This document shows, in pieces, positions 12,901-26,545 of a DNA stretch of 64,000 nucleotides. The DNA is taken from NCBI RefSeq assembly GCF_036321535.1, contig NC_087450.1:61752001-61816000 (forward strand), given 5' to 3'. The notes beneath the pieces are model-generated. The model saw nothing but the letters and a program-made list of their open reading frames with translations. It did no database searches and was not told the origin of the DNA. The number at the start of each line of letters is the position of its first letter. The stretch's first letter is position 1. The position numbers and the translations under genes are program-made. This DNA comes from Camelus dromedarius (Eukaryota).

Positions 12901-15039
12901 TAAATAATTATGTTTAGATGCCAAATAAAGACCAAGTTTTTAATCCTGATAATACACAGCACAACCTTCAACTGGAAAAGCCTTCTTTACTAAAGAAACA
13001 CCCCCCCCCTCTAGAACACACCCCCACCCCCTCTAGAACTGTAAACAGAGACCTTGCGTGGACTTTCTGTGTTAGAGGACGCTGGAGTGGGAGACACTTC
13101 CTGAAACACGGCGTTTCCGTTATTCTTTGATCCAGTGATCCTCACCTCTAGCTGCTCATGAGAATGATCCACGGAGCGTTTGACATTCACCAATGCCCAG
13201 AACCCCTGGCCAACCACATGGTTTCTTAAACTCACGTGTTTCTAATATTCCACCAGGATTGAGACCACCATATTATTAATGATTGTGAGATTCTTTTTCT
13301 TTCCAGATTGAATATAAAGAATTATTTGAAAAAAAAGACCGAATTCATGTCAGTTATGAATAAAAAATCAAAATCTATTATCCACTGAGCAGGAAAAATG
13401 TAATTACTGAGCACATCTCACACGTCAGGTTCCGTGCCGAGGACACGACTCTTTCTTTTTTCATAAGGGAAAAATATCTGTTGGCAACAGAAGAGCATTT
13501 CTAACACTGTGACAAATCAGCCATGTGACCTGGGGTCTTTCCACAAACACTGATTTTTTTAATTTCTCATCAGTGGAAGGAAATTATAAAATCAACGATT
13601 TCTACCTCCCAGGAATATGTGAAAAATGATTAAGAAGAGGAAGAGGACAGCACTGTGCAGGCACAGAGCAGTCTGCCAAAGCCGTTATTAACAGCAGAAC
13701 CATCCGCGGCGTCGGCGCGTGCGCTGCCGTGTCATTCCGCGCCGCGCGAGCTTCTTCATGCTGCTCATCTCCGCAAACGAGCAGCACCGAAAAAGTGGAA
13801 AAGGAAGGTCATTATTCACACAAAGGGACCCGCAGCATTCACATTTCTTAAATGAAGCTGGTAAATACGCCGGCTTTTTTCCTGTGATATATAGAATTGG
13901 TCAAAACACGTTATATCCTTACACGCTTCAAAATCTACTGGTTAAAGATGAAAGAATTTAGGTCCTGATGAAAAAAAAAATGCAGAATCCAGAGAAAAAG
14001 AGGTGAGGTATCATTTTAGACCTAAAGACAGTCATTTGCACAATTTAATAGCTTTTATTTTTAAAATTGCCATCGTGAGGATGCTGGTGGTGGCAATGAT
14101 GTTTGGGGACCACAGGTCCTATAATTAGACTATGAGACAGAAAAACATGTGGCGGCAAGTTCGAGGTCTCGCCTGGCGGCTTGGATGGGTGTTTTAGAGA
14201 CAGTCGTCCAGGGAGGCCTGCGCGGTTTCTGAGTGGGGTTGTGTGCTTCCAGACAGTCTGTCGGGGCGAAGCAGGATGGCCTGGAGTGAGCGGGGCCAGA
14301 GCCAGCCGGACCGGATGCAGGACAGCCCGGTCCACGGTGACGCCACAGAAGAGATCGGGGACAACGCCACGTGAAGTATCGCAGACGTGGGGTTAGAGGT
14401 CTTCGTCCCTGCACGTGGGACAGAAACAAGAGAGAGGGCTGAGGGTGGCTGTCTGTGGCCTAAAGGCCGGGGTGACTGTGAGAGATAAGGTGGTTTTAGC
14501 AGAAACTCAAATTTGCAGGGAGTTAGAGTTAGGTTTGTGCCTGCATCACTACCTCTGCTTGCAACTGACCTTCACCCACCTAGAAATACGCTGAAAGCAG
14601 AGTGAGGAATAAATCCTCTGTTGGTCCCCGGGATACCCAGAAAGAATCAATGGTTTAGAACTCTCTCTTCAAACACAGTGATTGTTGATTTCTTATCTCC
14701 TGTCCACTGTCAACAACATCCCCTTGTTTGGACAAAAGCATTTGCTTCAGAGGCATCTCCAAGAAGCAATGCAAACTGAGACATTTTTGTCAACCTTCCG
14801 AATGACCTCCTGTGCACCTGTCTGGAGGCCAGGTGGCTTCAGAGGTAATAAAGACCCTCCCTGGTCCCCATCTCTGCTCCATCTCTAAGCCTCTGTAAGG
14901 AAAAGGCTCCCCCAGTCACTAATTAGCAGCAAGTGCTGGGACCACCGTTCAGGGCTGAGACGCCCAGGAGTGGAGATGGAGCGGCGGGGCCTGAGGGAAA
15001 GAAAGCCGGCCTGGGACACACATTTTCTTTCAAACTTTC

Positions 15040-15200
15040 TAATTAACTTACAGTGTGACCTTGGACAAATCTCTTAATCTCTCCCCACTTGCCGTCCTCC
15101 CACTGTCCGAAGGAGAGATACCGGTATTTATCGACTCCCTGCCTCTCTGGAGTTTCGCAAAGATTAACAAGATACAATTTATAAAGCGCCTTGAGCCCTA
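15040..15200 (+). mobile_element. MIR fragment
   Basis: gtgaccttggacaaatctcttaatctct... MIR core. Confidence 0.6.
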
Positions 15201-16659
15201 CCGCGTTGCCACAGAAATCAAGGATTGCCTGTTTAAATCCACGGGCACCCAGAATGCGTTTCCTGTTGTGCGGTGTGTACAGCAGTGCCTGCGTCCCTGA
15301 CTTTCTGTAAAATGCTCTTGCGCATGCATGAGTGGTTCATCCAGTAAGTCCTTTCTGCCCCCACCAACTGTGATTCCTCTGCCCTGATTAATTAGCTAAA
15401 CCTGCAGGAAAGCCTCACCCTCCAGCTCCTTCCTTCTGTATTACCCATGCAAAAGTGAACAGTTTCCCTACAAGTTAAAAAAAAAAAGCTGTTTAAATGT
15501 GGGGGGAAAAATAGAGACTGGAATAAAAGCTGTTTGAAATACAATGCTCGTGTCTCCCCATTGCTCAGTATTTTATGTGTCTGAAACGTGCACGTGACTC
15601 TGAGTAATTGCCCAGCACTTGCCCCGTCCTCGGGGCTTAGGCAAATCCCTAGCTTCCTGCTGGCCACGGCTCTTTTCTTTTCCTTCTCTTTTTTATCTTT
15701 AATGCACTGTGCTACGAAGATTTGTATAGCAGAAAGGAGCCTCTCTTCCCTCAACTTTTCTCAATGAGGGAATTAAACATGTCACCCAAAGGCAAGAATA
15801 AAACCTTACAGAAGACAGTCTGCAGCTGAGATCTTCAAAAGCTAAATTGTTCATAATGAAGTGTTCAAAACTAAATGCTCAAATTTGAAACAAAGAACGG
15901 AGAAAGGAAAGAAGGAAGAAGGGAACAAACCATAAAATTGGGTACCCAGGATGGATTCTGACAAGAAGTTGATAGATGGACCTGGCCAGTTTCAATGACC
16001 CCCCCTTTCATCTGGGAATTGGGCTACCATAGAAGATGAACGTCGTGCAGATGACTGTTGAACGAGCCCACTTCGCTTGTGAGATGCCATTCATTTTGTG
16101 TGTGTGCGTCTGGTCCCACTGCATACCCTGTGGTCCAACAGCGTGAACACCTATCATTGGCTGAGTGAGGACAGAAGGAAGAGAGAGGGGAAAAAACTGT
16201 CTTAGGCATCTCAGCCTGATACGTCTCCTGAACACTTGGAGATGGTTTGCTCCCAAGCGCACGCTGCAGCTGTGCAAACTAGGGTTAAAGCTGAAGGAAA
16301 AGACATTTGTAGCTTCAGCTTTGCAATCCGAATTCAAATGAGATTGGAGTGGAAAATGTAATAAGGATGATTTTGTCACAAATTCCTGGTGGCTTCTTTT
16401 TCACGCCTGACGGGGTTAGGATTGAGTCATGCCAATGGGATGCAGGGCTCCTATCTGCTCCTGGACTCAGGGCGCTCAGAAGAAAAGGCATCCGCACAGG
16501 AGCAGCCCCTCTGTAAAAGGAAAACTGCGGAGTGAAGGCAGAGAGAGTCGGAAGGCACCAGGGAAGCGCGCCGCAGCATTCTTGCAGCCCTCCTTCCTCC
16601 ACAGGCACTTCCTCACTTTGCCTTTTCCCTAACTGTAATTTCTATGCTAATATATTTTG

Positions 16660-18340
16660 TAAAAATAGGTAAAATTAGGGACTTGAAGTTTTGTCAGAGT
16701 GAAGAGGTCAGCAGATCCTCTTCCCCTAAAACACAGATACTAAACTGGACAGAAATATCAAAACAACCATTTTAAGGGTTCTCAATACTAACCTAAAGCA
16801 GACAGCGAATGGAGGAGTGTTTACTCATGGAAAGCTACTGAACTTTGGGTCACGTTGGGGGGAGCCTGCAGTGGTCGTGCCCAGGGCCGCCTGCACCCTC
16901 CTGCCAGGCCAGTGATGGTAGTGGGGCTGCCAGGGCAGGGGCGGGAGGGCCTGGCACAAGGAGGAAGCCCTGGCATACTTTGAAATCGCCTCTCCCTACA
17001 TACAGATCCATCAGCAGAGGGAAGAAACTCTATTGTCACAAAGAGCTCAAGCACAAACTTCAGTCACCACTGAAAAGTGAACTGTGCACACCTGGGAGTG
17101 CCTTCTGAGAATCCAGAGCACAACATAAAACTAAGAATTAAAAACAAAATGAGCAAAGATCCCACCAGCTCCAAATCACAGGGGAGATCAAATCTAGGCA
17201 AGTTATTATAAATACAACAAAACAAAAAATAGAAGCAACAATAACCCTCAGGGAAAAAATTCAGAGTTGCAAGAACTCGTTATCTGAAATGTCTCGTCTT
17301 CAACCAAAAATTATGAGGCTTGCAAAAACAGGGAAGTGTGACTTGTATACAGGAAAAAGTGGGGAAGCAGTCAGTAGAAACTGACTGTGAGTGGGTCCAG
17401 ACGCTGAATTTAGCAGATAAAAAACTTCAGAGCGTCTAAAAATACTCAAATTATGGAAACTATATTTAAAGAGTTAAATAAAATATGATGAAAATGACTG
17501 CACAAATAGGGAATCTCAATAAAAATCTGTAGCTACCAAAAAAAGCGATGGAAATTTTGAAGTCATAAAGGACAGCGACTGAAGTGGAAACTTCGTGGGG
17601 TGGGCTTGACAAGCAATGGATGTGAGACAGCAGAAGAGAGAAATTGCGAAAGTGAACAAGAATCAATGGAAATAATTCAACCTAACAACACAGTAAAACA
17701 CGGGAAAAAATTAAGAACAATTAGCTGCAGAAAGTACCTACAGGACATCAGGGAAGCGAGCACATGTGACAGGAGCTCCAGAAGGAGTGATAAAGGGGAA
17801 GAAAAGCAATGAAGTAATGGCTGGAATCATCCCCAATTCTGTGAAAAACACTAACCTACAGATCCAAGTGGTTCACTGAAATCCACGTAGAAAACCCAAA
17901 GAGATCCACGTCTACCTACATCGCAGTCAAGCCGTGCAGAGCCAAAGAGAAGAGAAAATCTTGAGAGCACTAAACAGAAGCACGCCTCATCGCATACACA
18001 CAGAAGTGTTGGCTGAACATGACCGACTGGTCAGCTGAAGCCGTGGAGGCCAGAAAGCAACGGAATGATGCTTCCGAAGTGCTTAGGGAAGGATGCTCAG
18101 CAGGAAGTCCGTGTATCAGTGAAGCTGCCCTTCGAAACTGAAAGTGAAATAAAGACGTTCGCCCACAAAGAAAGGCTGGGAGAATGTGAGTAGCAGACGT
18201 GCCTTATAAGAACTGTTAAAGGCAGCCTTGCAAGCCGAGAAGGATGTAAGATGGTAACTTGAATTCACAGGGCAAAAATGAAGAGAATTGGAAATTATAA
18301 ATAGAGGAGACTTCATATAAAAGACTCTATAAATATATTG
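16660..18340 (+). mobile_element. Old L1 (L1M-type) 5' region and degraded ORF1
   Basis: ORF1-like motifs acagatccaag, gaaaatcttgagagc, ggaggccagaaagcaacggaatg, gaaagtgaaataaagacgttc; frames disrupted. Confidence 0.75.
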
Positions 18341-19484
18341 CTTCTCTTACCTTCCTTAAAAGACATAAGAGGTGGGAGGAGGGACAGGCTTGGGGGAGAG
18401 AGGGCAGGATGCAGAGGGACAGGTGTGACCGCATCTTGAAGGAGGAGAAGGGAGGGGGGCACTGCCTGGGCCCTGTGTCAGCCCAGGATGTCCAGCCACC
18501 GCGGCACTGGGAGCCGTGAGGAGGGGAGGAAGGGGGGTGAGGACCTGAGGTGAGGAAGACCGGAGGGGAGGTGGGAGGCAGGGCCCACAGGCCTCCCCAG
18601 CCATTCACCTCTTAGAAACCGTTTGCTCTTCATTCTGGCTGCAACGGAAAACAAGACTTCCTGGTGTCAAACATGCCAACGACGCGTGCACTCGCATGAA
18701 ACAAGCGTAGGTCATCTCCATCACGCATGCAGACCGCTTAGAACCGCAGAGACAGAAAAGACACAATGGAACAGCGCAGACAAGTCACGGCCCCGCGCGG
18801 AGGCAGAGCGTCGGGCGTGTGGTGTCCACAGACGCCGGCCTCGGACCCGGAGCTCTTTGTGCAGAAACAGCTGACTCGGCGCTTTCCTCTTTTGATCTCA
18901 GATAACATTGCAGGGATTAAATTCTTGCAATGACCAACTTCATTTTTAATACAATTATTCATTTATTTAATAAATATTTATTGAGAGTGAATGTGCCGGT
19001 CTCTGTGCTTAATAAATTATTAAATTTTAATCACAGTGTGTGTGGACAAGCACCCTGATCTGAGGGTGGATAATGCTCTCATTTATGCTCCCATTTATTA
19101 CTCGAATTGATATTAGACAGTCATCATAAAATTACTTATCATGGCCCAGTTTTTCCAATTACCACAATGCCATTGAAGGATCTACAAAAGAAAAATATCT
19201 TATAAAACCCAGGCTTAAAAAATATGTAAAGATCTTTTGTAAAAGGATTGACCCGCCCCCAGTTTCTGAAAGGAATATTTTCTCACCATAAAAAATCATT
19301 TAAAAATACAAAAATATAAAGCCTGAAAAACACACTCTCCATCCCGCCACACAAAGGCAGGCACTCATAAATCTATTAGCATGTTCTTCTAGATTTTTGT
19401 CCCCAGTGTGTAGGTTTTCTCAGGTGAGACCTTGAGATTTGTCTTTCTTAAATTTAATAGTCTTACCTTAGCTGTTCCCAGTGT

Positions 19485-19690
19485 TATTGCTTATCGAAGT
19501 AGAGTCGGTTTACAACGTTGTGTTAGTTTCTGGTGTTCAGCACAGCGACTCAGTCAGACATACACACACATATATTCCTTTCCATACTCTTTTCCATCAT
19601 AGGCCATTGCAAGGAGCTGAGTGTAGCTCCCTGTGCTGCACAGCAGGGCCTGCTGTTTATCTGTTTGATGTGTAGTCGCTAGTTTCTCCC
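19485..19690 (-). mobile_element. Cetartiodactyl-type L1 3' end
   Basis: gaagtagagtcggtttacaacgttgtgttagtttctggtgttcagc...ccctgtgctgcacagcagggcct..tttatctgttt. Confidence 0.85.
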
Positions 19691-19859
19691 CAGTGTTAAT
19701 AAACACTCATTGTAAACATCATTTCACGTTCCAAACAGCAACCAGATGAAATGGCCAGCTTTCTCCAGATTTTTAAATTTTTTGCCAGCAGAAATAGCAC
19801 ACGGTGAGGACTTTGTTCAGAAGGTTTTGCCCAAATGGAGTCGACAGCAGCATTTATCG

Positions 19860-20170
19860 TGTTTACTGTGCGCCTCACACCGTGCTTTCCAAGCATGATC
19901 TCATTTAAAGGCCACAATAATCTTATTGGGTAAAAATTATTATTGTTCATATTCCCTAGATAAGAAGCTGAAGCTGAGAGCGACGACCAAGAGGCACAGT
20001 GACGTCTGCTGAGCGCCCGTCATGTGCCGTCTCTGCGGTGCTCGCCGGCTGTCACCTGCCCCGTGGGGAGGATGTCACTGCTGTCCTCCCCACTTCACAG
20101 GTGAGGACACGGAGGCAGCGGCTCTGGGAGGAGCTTCCCCGGGCTGCACGCCCCAGCTGAGCAGGAGCGG
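19860..20170 (-). mobile_element. Two MIR fragments
   Basis: atctcatttaa..cacaataatc and ccacttcacaggtgaggacacggaggc MIR-core motifs. Confidence 0.55.
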
Positions 20171-21869
20171 AGACCTGAGCTGCTGGCTTCGGAGACGGGC
20201 TCGTCACCACCCCGGAGCGCGGGCAGCTGGCGGAGCGGAGGAACTGACACTGTGCCCTCAGGACACGTTCCCAGAGGCCATCACCGCCCAGGAGGCACTA
20301 GACCCTCCACAGCAGCCACCAGGTCACATTCCGATCCGGAAAGCGTGACTCTGCCCATTTGCGTGAGGGCCTGGTGTCTGTTTCCATCTTGCAGAAGCAG
20401 AAGAAGCACATGCTTACACGCTGAGTCTTCTGCTCCGTGGGCTTCCTAACCGATGCGCCTTCGTTTAGATATTGCCCACTTGGTACCAACCTCAACACCC
20501 TGCCACTGGGCATGGCCTCTCCCCTCCACCTCTGTGGCTCCTGGTGGCTTTCACATGTCCCACCAGCAGACCTAGGGGCATCCGTGCCTGAGTGACCTCC
20601 TGCAGGGACGGGAAACAGAGAAGGAGTTGAGGGAAAGGGAAGGGAGAAGAGACAGGAGGAGGCAAGGTCGCTCCCTTCAGCAGGAGGAAAACCTGGCGGC
20701 TGGAGATGCGGAGCAGAGGTTCTAAACCATGTCTAGGAGCGGGGTCTGGGGAGACCTGGGGTCTGGGGAGGATCACCTGTCCACGCGGCTGGGAGCAGCG
20801 GGCACCTGACCGCGGGTGAGCTCACCGGCCAGGACTGAATTTATCCCTAATCAGAACGCAGGACTCTGAAAATTCCTGTGAACACCCCCAGCTCTCAGGA
20901 TGCATTTCATTTGCCTCCAGAAAACCGTGACACTGTTTATAGGAAGGAGAAAGAGGATTTTTATAGACAAACTCACGACAGGCTTTAAGGACATCAGGGG
21001 GAACTCACTACGAAACACTAATAATTTCAGTGTAAATGAATCTAAAATGCATAGATAAAATTGCTCCTAGATTGCATATGCATTTTTTTAAAAATCAAAA
21101 CAAAAAAAATGCCTTGGGCATAACATATTCTACTTTTATTTTGAATTTTTTTAAGTGTCTATCACAGCAGCCTCTGAGGAGAGACACAAAACCATAAATG
21201 TAGTTAGTGACCAAATCAGCACCAGGACCTGTGAGCCCCAAACCTCAGGCCCCCCATTCTTGTCCCTTAATTTGTTGAAATATCAATTTCCAGTTCAGGA
21301 TGGAACAGCCGGAACCCCCGCTCCCTCACTGGAAGGACCACCGCCCTTCCTGGCAGGCGCTGAAAGCGGGCTGGTGTTTACAGAGCGCCTGGGGGACGTC
21401 CCGGGCAGCTCCGATGGCGGGTGTAACCGCAGACCTTCTCAGATGATGTCAGCCGGGGTGGCACCCTGCCGAGGCCCGAGAACGCAATACGTCACTTAGA
21501 GAAAACAAAGCAAGTTGAAGGTGGTGAGCGAGGAAGCCGGTTAGCTAATCACAACTGGGTCAGTTAGGCAGCGGCTTTGCTCTCGGCACCGCGCAAAGGT
21601 GGCTGCAATCCACACGGACACGGACCTGCATCTCAGGGGGTTTGGACAAAAGACAAGGGGGGTCAACATCGGTGGACACAGAGACCAGTTCCACTCCCGC
21701 TTTATAAGCCGTCTGGACGGCTGAGCCCCTCTAGAACGCAGCACTTAGAGAGCCCGCGGGGACACCGCCGGGATGCAGGACAGACAGGCGGCATTAGGCA
21801 GACAGGGGGCACGTGCCTGAGCCTGGTCCCCCTTCCCGGATCCGCGGGCAGCGCTGTGTGTCTGGGAGG

Positions 21870-23650
21870 GTTACCTGTCTGACGCCCCTACTTACCGCTT
21901 TCTCACGCGGTTAGCCGTACGTCGCTTTGTCCTTATTTCTCCCCCAAAGCAGAGATTACCACTCGGTTTTGCAGACGTGATGTCTGAGTTCCAGGCCGCT
22001 TCACGTTTACGCAGTTCACCGAGCTGGGACTTGGGCCTGAAACCGAGTCAGCCTGACCTCGGGTTCTCCGCCCAGGAGCCCTGGCAGCGGCCCCGCCGCC
22101 GTTCAGGCTGGCGTGTTTGTCCGCTGCCCCTGATGCAGAGACGCTCGTGGGGAGGCTTCTCCCCCTGTGCCTCCAGCTCCTTGCTCCTAAGAGGAGCCCG
22201 TTCACTCAGGAAGGCCTTCTGACGGAACAGGATGCGGAGAGACTGGCCTGTCACTACCGGGGGAAAGACTGACACGTAAGGGACTCACAGGTCGTGTCCA
22301 AAGACAAAAGTGCTCCGAGCAGCTGTTGAGCAGGGGGAGAGGGGACTTGAGTGAATGAAGGAACGAGAGAATGAATGAACGGTTTCTCATTCCTAGAGAG
22401 TATGTTCTCCGAGCAGGGCGCCCCCGCACGGCCGCGGACGCGGCGAGGGCACGCTCAGGGCGCGTCAGGGGCGCACGGCTCGAGGGTGCTCTCGTGCCGC
22501 CGTCGTCAGCTCCTTTCTCACTTTCTGTTCTGCTCTCTCTGTCTCACTTTGCCTCAGTTTTGTTATGTACCAATTTTAAAGAACTTTTCCCTCACACTAG
22601 CTCCCTCGTTCATGGGGCCAGCATTTCTCCAAACACGCCCTTTTCTCCTTGTCCCCTCAAAGCTCCTTTGGTCTGAAAGCACCTTGCTGTGCCTCCTAGG
22701 GTGCCTGAGATGCGGAGATCTCGGCGAAATCGGCCGCGTCAGCAACCGCCTCCAACTTCAGACTCGCCCCTTAGCCGGCTGCCCTCAGAAGGGCGATCTG
22801 AGTGTCGGCCGCCCGCCCGGGGAAAGTGCGCGCCGGAGCTCGGGGCCCGGGCGGCAGCCCTCCCCGCGCGACCTGTGCTCCCGCGACCCGCTGCTCCGCC
22901 AGTCTGGCGCGGAAGAGTCTAAAACTTCCCCGGGGAAGATCCTGTGCTCTGACAAATGCCCCGGGAGGTGAACACACATCAGAAAGAATATTTTTAAATG
23001 TGCAAAATTGTTTACAAATAAGAAACTCAAAAACATGTTTTTAAAAGCACCAAGAAACAAAGCAGCAGGAGACAGCTCGGCGCTCCCCGCGGCTGCTCCA
23101 GCAGGGGGTGCCGAGCGCCCACAGGGCCGCCGGCCGCCAAAGGCGTCTCGGTCACCAGGCACGAGACCCGAGACACGCCTTTGACTTGTCCCCCTCCCCC
23201 CCCCCCCCCCCGCTCATCCTCCTCCTCCAAACTCCGCGTGTTCTAACCCCAAAGCCTCTCTCTCATCGGCATCTTCCTCCGCGTTCTCGTCCTCCGAGGC
23301 CACGCTCCGCTCCCGAGCACGCTGCTCTCAGCCCTCCTCCCCCACCCCCCGGGGGTCCTGGGCAGACACTCCGGCTCCGAGCCGCGCGGCTCCGATGGTT
23401 CCCCAGGAAGTCAGTGTTCGGTGACCGCCTCTGTCCTTGCTGGGGCGGCAGACAGGCGCCGCGTCTCTGTCCAGACTCCTCGTGCTGCCCTTCCTTCATG
23501 CTCTTCTTCCTGCTGTTCAGGAAACTAGCTTAACTGTGCAGCCTGGAGGGACGGCGCTGACGTGGACTCTATACAGACCGAGGGTGTGAGTCTCAAATCG
23601 TTGTCCTCAAAATGGGCTGGCCTTGGCGTGGCCGCCCCGGTCATCGTGAA
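21870..23650. promoter_or_regulatory. Large CpG island, probable promoter/first-exon region of an unidentified gene or lncRNA
   Basis: High CpG density 22400-23640; minus-strand donor CG|GTAAGT at 21896/21895; plus-strand donor GGT|GTGAGT at 23585/23586; CRE-like tgacgtgg near 23559. Confidence 0.7.
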
Positions 23651-23658
23651 GCAGGGAC

Positions 23659-23665
23659 TGTGTGA

Positions 23666-23722
<57 letters not shown>

Positions 23723-23776
23723 TGTGTGTGTGTGTGTGTGTGTGACTGTGTGTGCGAGAGTGTGTGTGTGAGTGTA
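23659..23776. repeat. (TG)n microsatellite, compound
   Basis: About 110 bp of mostly uninterrupted TG. Confidence 0.97.
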
Positions 23777-25059
23777 TTGCACCAGTGGGAATGTGGCATT
23801 TTATTGCTCTTAAACTCCATCCACCTGTAAAGTGCACAGTGAGGTAGGTGAGGGGGAAATGCTATGGAACAAACAGCAGTTTTCTAGAAAATAATAATGA
23901 TCTTAAACAGGTTTGTTCTAAAGCAAATCATGTGGTTTTTACAAATCCCATCATTTACCAAGAGGTGGACCTGACTGTCCTCCTTAGAGTCAGCGTGGAG
24001 GGGACCCCCGGGGGACAGGCTCACGGCCCCACGGGGAGGAGGCTGTCGTGGGGGCCTGACTTGTGCTCGCGGTGGCCAGTCGGCGTGGAGCCACAGCATG
24101 AGGACGCTGCGTCCCAACCAGAGAGCACCTGGGGGCGTGGGAGCGGAGGGGACTCTGTGAGTAGCATCTTTGTCCTCCTTTTCCACAAAGTCATTTATTT
24201 CGCTAATGGGCTGAAATCCCTTGAATACGGCTCGGATAATAAGTGGGCTCCTGGACTGTGAAAATTGTTTTCCAGAGGGCTGTGAACTCCAAGGGCTCTG
24301 AATTAAGAATAAAATCCAACTGCAGAGAAGAGAGGTTTTCCCAATGAGGCGGGAGCTGGATGGCCAGCGACAGGTCAGCCGGAGACAAGACTGCAGGAAG
24401 GGCAGACGGGGGGGCGGCCGGCTTCCCGAGCCCCCAACACGACGATGCCTATTAAGGACGCACTTCTGCACAGGAGACTCATTACAGAACAGAAATAAGA
24501 CGTGATAACCACCCAGAGCCTGCTGTGGAACAGCGGGGAGGCGATCAAGGAGGCCTGGCGCCCAGGAAAGCGGCCGCTGGAGTGTTGCGTGTCCTCTGAC
24601 AACGGCGGCCGAGGGGAACCAGACTGCGACAAGGGAGGAGGCAGCTCTGTGCGCAGCACGAGAGCACACACACCTGAGCGTCTAAGGGGGAACAGGGCCA
24701 GGTCTGCCCGCAGAAATCCACGGGGCCTCGTTCACGGGCCACGGGGCCCCTGGAGGACTGAGGACGGCCACACGCTTTGTCCATCAGAGGAAAGACGCAA
24801 GCTTGATCCACAGCCTTCATCACTATTTAACAAGTGGCCGCCAGCTGTCGCGGCTTCCGGGGACTGGGGAGTTACTCGGCGATTGCTGAACACTGGGCTA
24901 GTGCACGCGACAAAAGCCCTAGAGACCCCCTGTGCTGCTGTTTACTTCCCGTGTCCCTCCGTAAAAAGAGGACACTGAACCAGATCACTAGGGCAGCCCC
25001 TGGTGCTGAAGCTTCAAGGACGGAGTGCTGCAGTGACGACGGCGGACCGTGACGCCTGG

Positions 25060-25210
25060 CCCGGCTTCGGAGCGCAGTCCCACCAGCTCTGCTGTCAGCT
25101 CGGGTAAATCCGTTACCTTGTTCGAGCCTTGGGCTCCTGCCAAAGTACTTGCCTCGTAGGGACGCTACAGGGAAATGAAGAATGGGTGCTGAGTGCCCAG
25201 CCTGTGGGGC
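25060..25210 (+). mobile_element. MIR fragment (GC-drifted)
   Basis: ctcgggtaaatccgttaccttgttcgagccttggg...acttgcctcgtagggacgctac. Confidence 0.5.
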
Positions 25211-26089
25211 CCCCGTTCACCATCAAGCTACCGTTGGGATTCTCTGAAACCAGCTTTTCTGACCTAATCTGGTGATTGCGTCACCTGCAGGTGAATGTGT
25301 CGGCGGCTCTAAGTCCCAGGTGTCAGCAGCGTAACACGGTGACAGTTCCCTTTCGCTGTGGGAAGCGCAGTGCGGCCGTTCCTGGCAGCCTTTGCGGCCA
25401 GGAGGGAGGCAGGGACCCAGGTCCCCCCGCCTTCGACACCCGCTCCGAGCCTGTGGTTTGCGAGGTCACCACAAATGGGAGACACAGACACGGCCCCTCG
25501 GCCTGGAGCTGACCTCTTCCTTCCTCACATTGCACTGGCCGAAACTCGTCACCCACTGTCACCCAGACACACGAAACTGAGGAGGGCAGACGGCCCTTCT
25601 GCCAGTTAGACACTAAAAAAACGCTAACACTGGCTTTATGACAAATAGTTTACAAGGTGAACGGAAACTCAGGAGAAACAGCATAAAGAAATATTAAGTG
25701 GTTTATAAGCTTCCACTTGTGTTATCATGAAGGTCAAGTCACAGACCCCATCTGAAGAAATGAGAAATACACTGCCTGCCGCTATGGAGCGTGTGGGCAC
25801 CCGAGGACCACGCAACACGGCGTCTGAAGGCACGTCCTTCGCCGTCAGCGAAGCTTCTCAAAACACTGATCTCATCCTTTATTACCTTTGACTTAAGCCT
25901 AAGCTCACAATGCGGTAGTTTTTAGTGAGAAAGTGATGTGAACACACAGGAAACAGCAGCGTTAGTGCCCGTCCCCGAGGGGCTTTCAGGCACTGGGACC
26001 ACGAGCAGGTCTACACAGCGCGCTGCTCTCTCACGCGATGAGAGTTATGTATATCACGCATGAGGTCGTCTTGGTGGGTGTGCTACTTG

Positions 26090-26545
26090 GCTATGTGCCG
26101 TGAAAAACTGCCACCAGCCCAGTGGCTCAAAGCCCGCAGGTTTACTGTCTTGCATTCGTGGAGACCAGAGGCCGCCGTGGGTCTCCCCGGCTCCCGTGGA
26201 CGTGTCGGCGGCGCGGCTGCCGTCTGCCCGGGAGGACTGCTCCCTCGTCTCCTCCTTCTTCCCCGGGCACCTGTCCTCCACGGCTCCCGGCCCTTCCTCC
26301 ACCTTCAGAGTCAGGAAGAGCGCCTTCTGTTCTGCTCCCCTCTGCGGCCTGGTCACATGGCCTTTCCACTCGGACCTGCCTGCCTTCCCCTCAGAAGGAC
26401 CCTCGTGACTGTGCTGGGACCACCTCACAGTCATCGTCATCTCCCACCTTAACTGCAGCTGGGCAGCGCCTTCACCACGCGGGGCACGGTCACAGCTTCT
26501 GGGGATCCGGACACGGGCCTCCTCGGGGGGCCTTGTGGAACTGAC
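26090..26545 (-). mobile_element. MaLR solo LTR (MLT1D-like), strongly GC/CpG-enriched
   Basis: aactgccaccagcccagtggctcaaa, ctggtcacatggcc, ccctcagaaggaccctcgtgact match MLT1D in antisense. Confidence 0.75.

Noticed and set aside
12998-13039. Tandem about 20-bp duplication (acacccc...ctctagaac x2)
   Set aside because: Simple slippage around a C-run, not a CRISPR-like or functional array
23525-23837. HTHTHT / CVCVCV ORFs
   Set aside because: Translations of the (TG)n microsatellite
23884-24669. 261-aa minus-strand ORF
   Set aside because: No recognisable domain or splice structure; several overlapping ORFs on both strands
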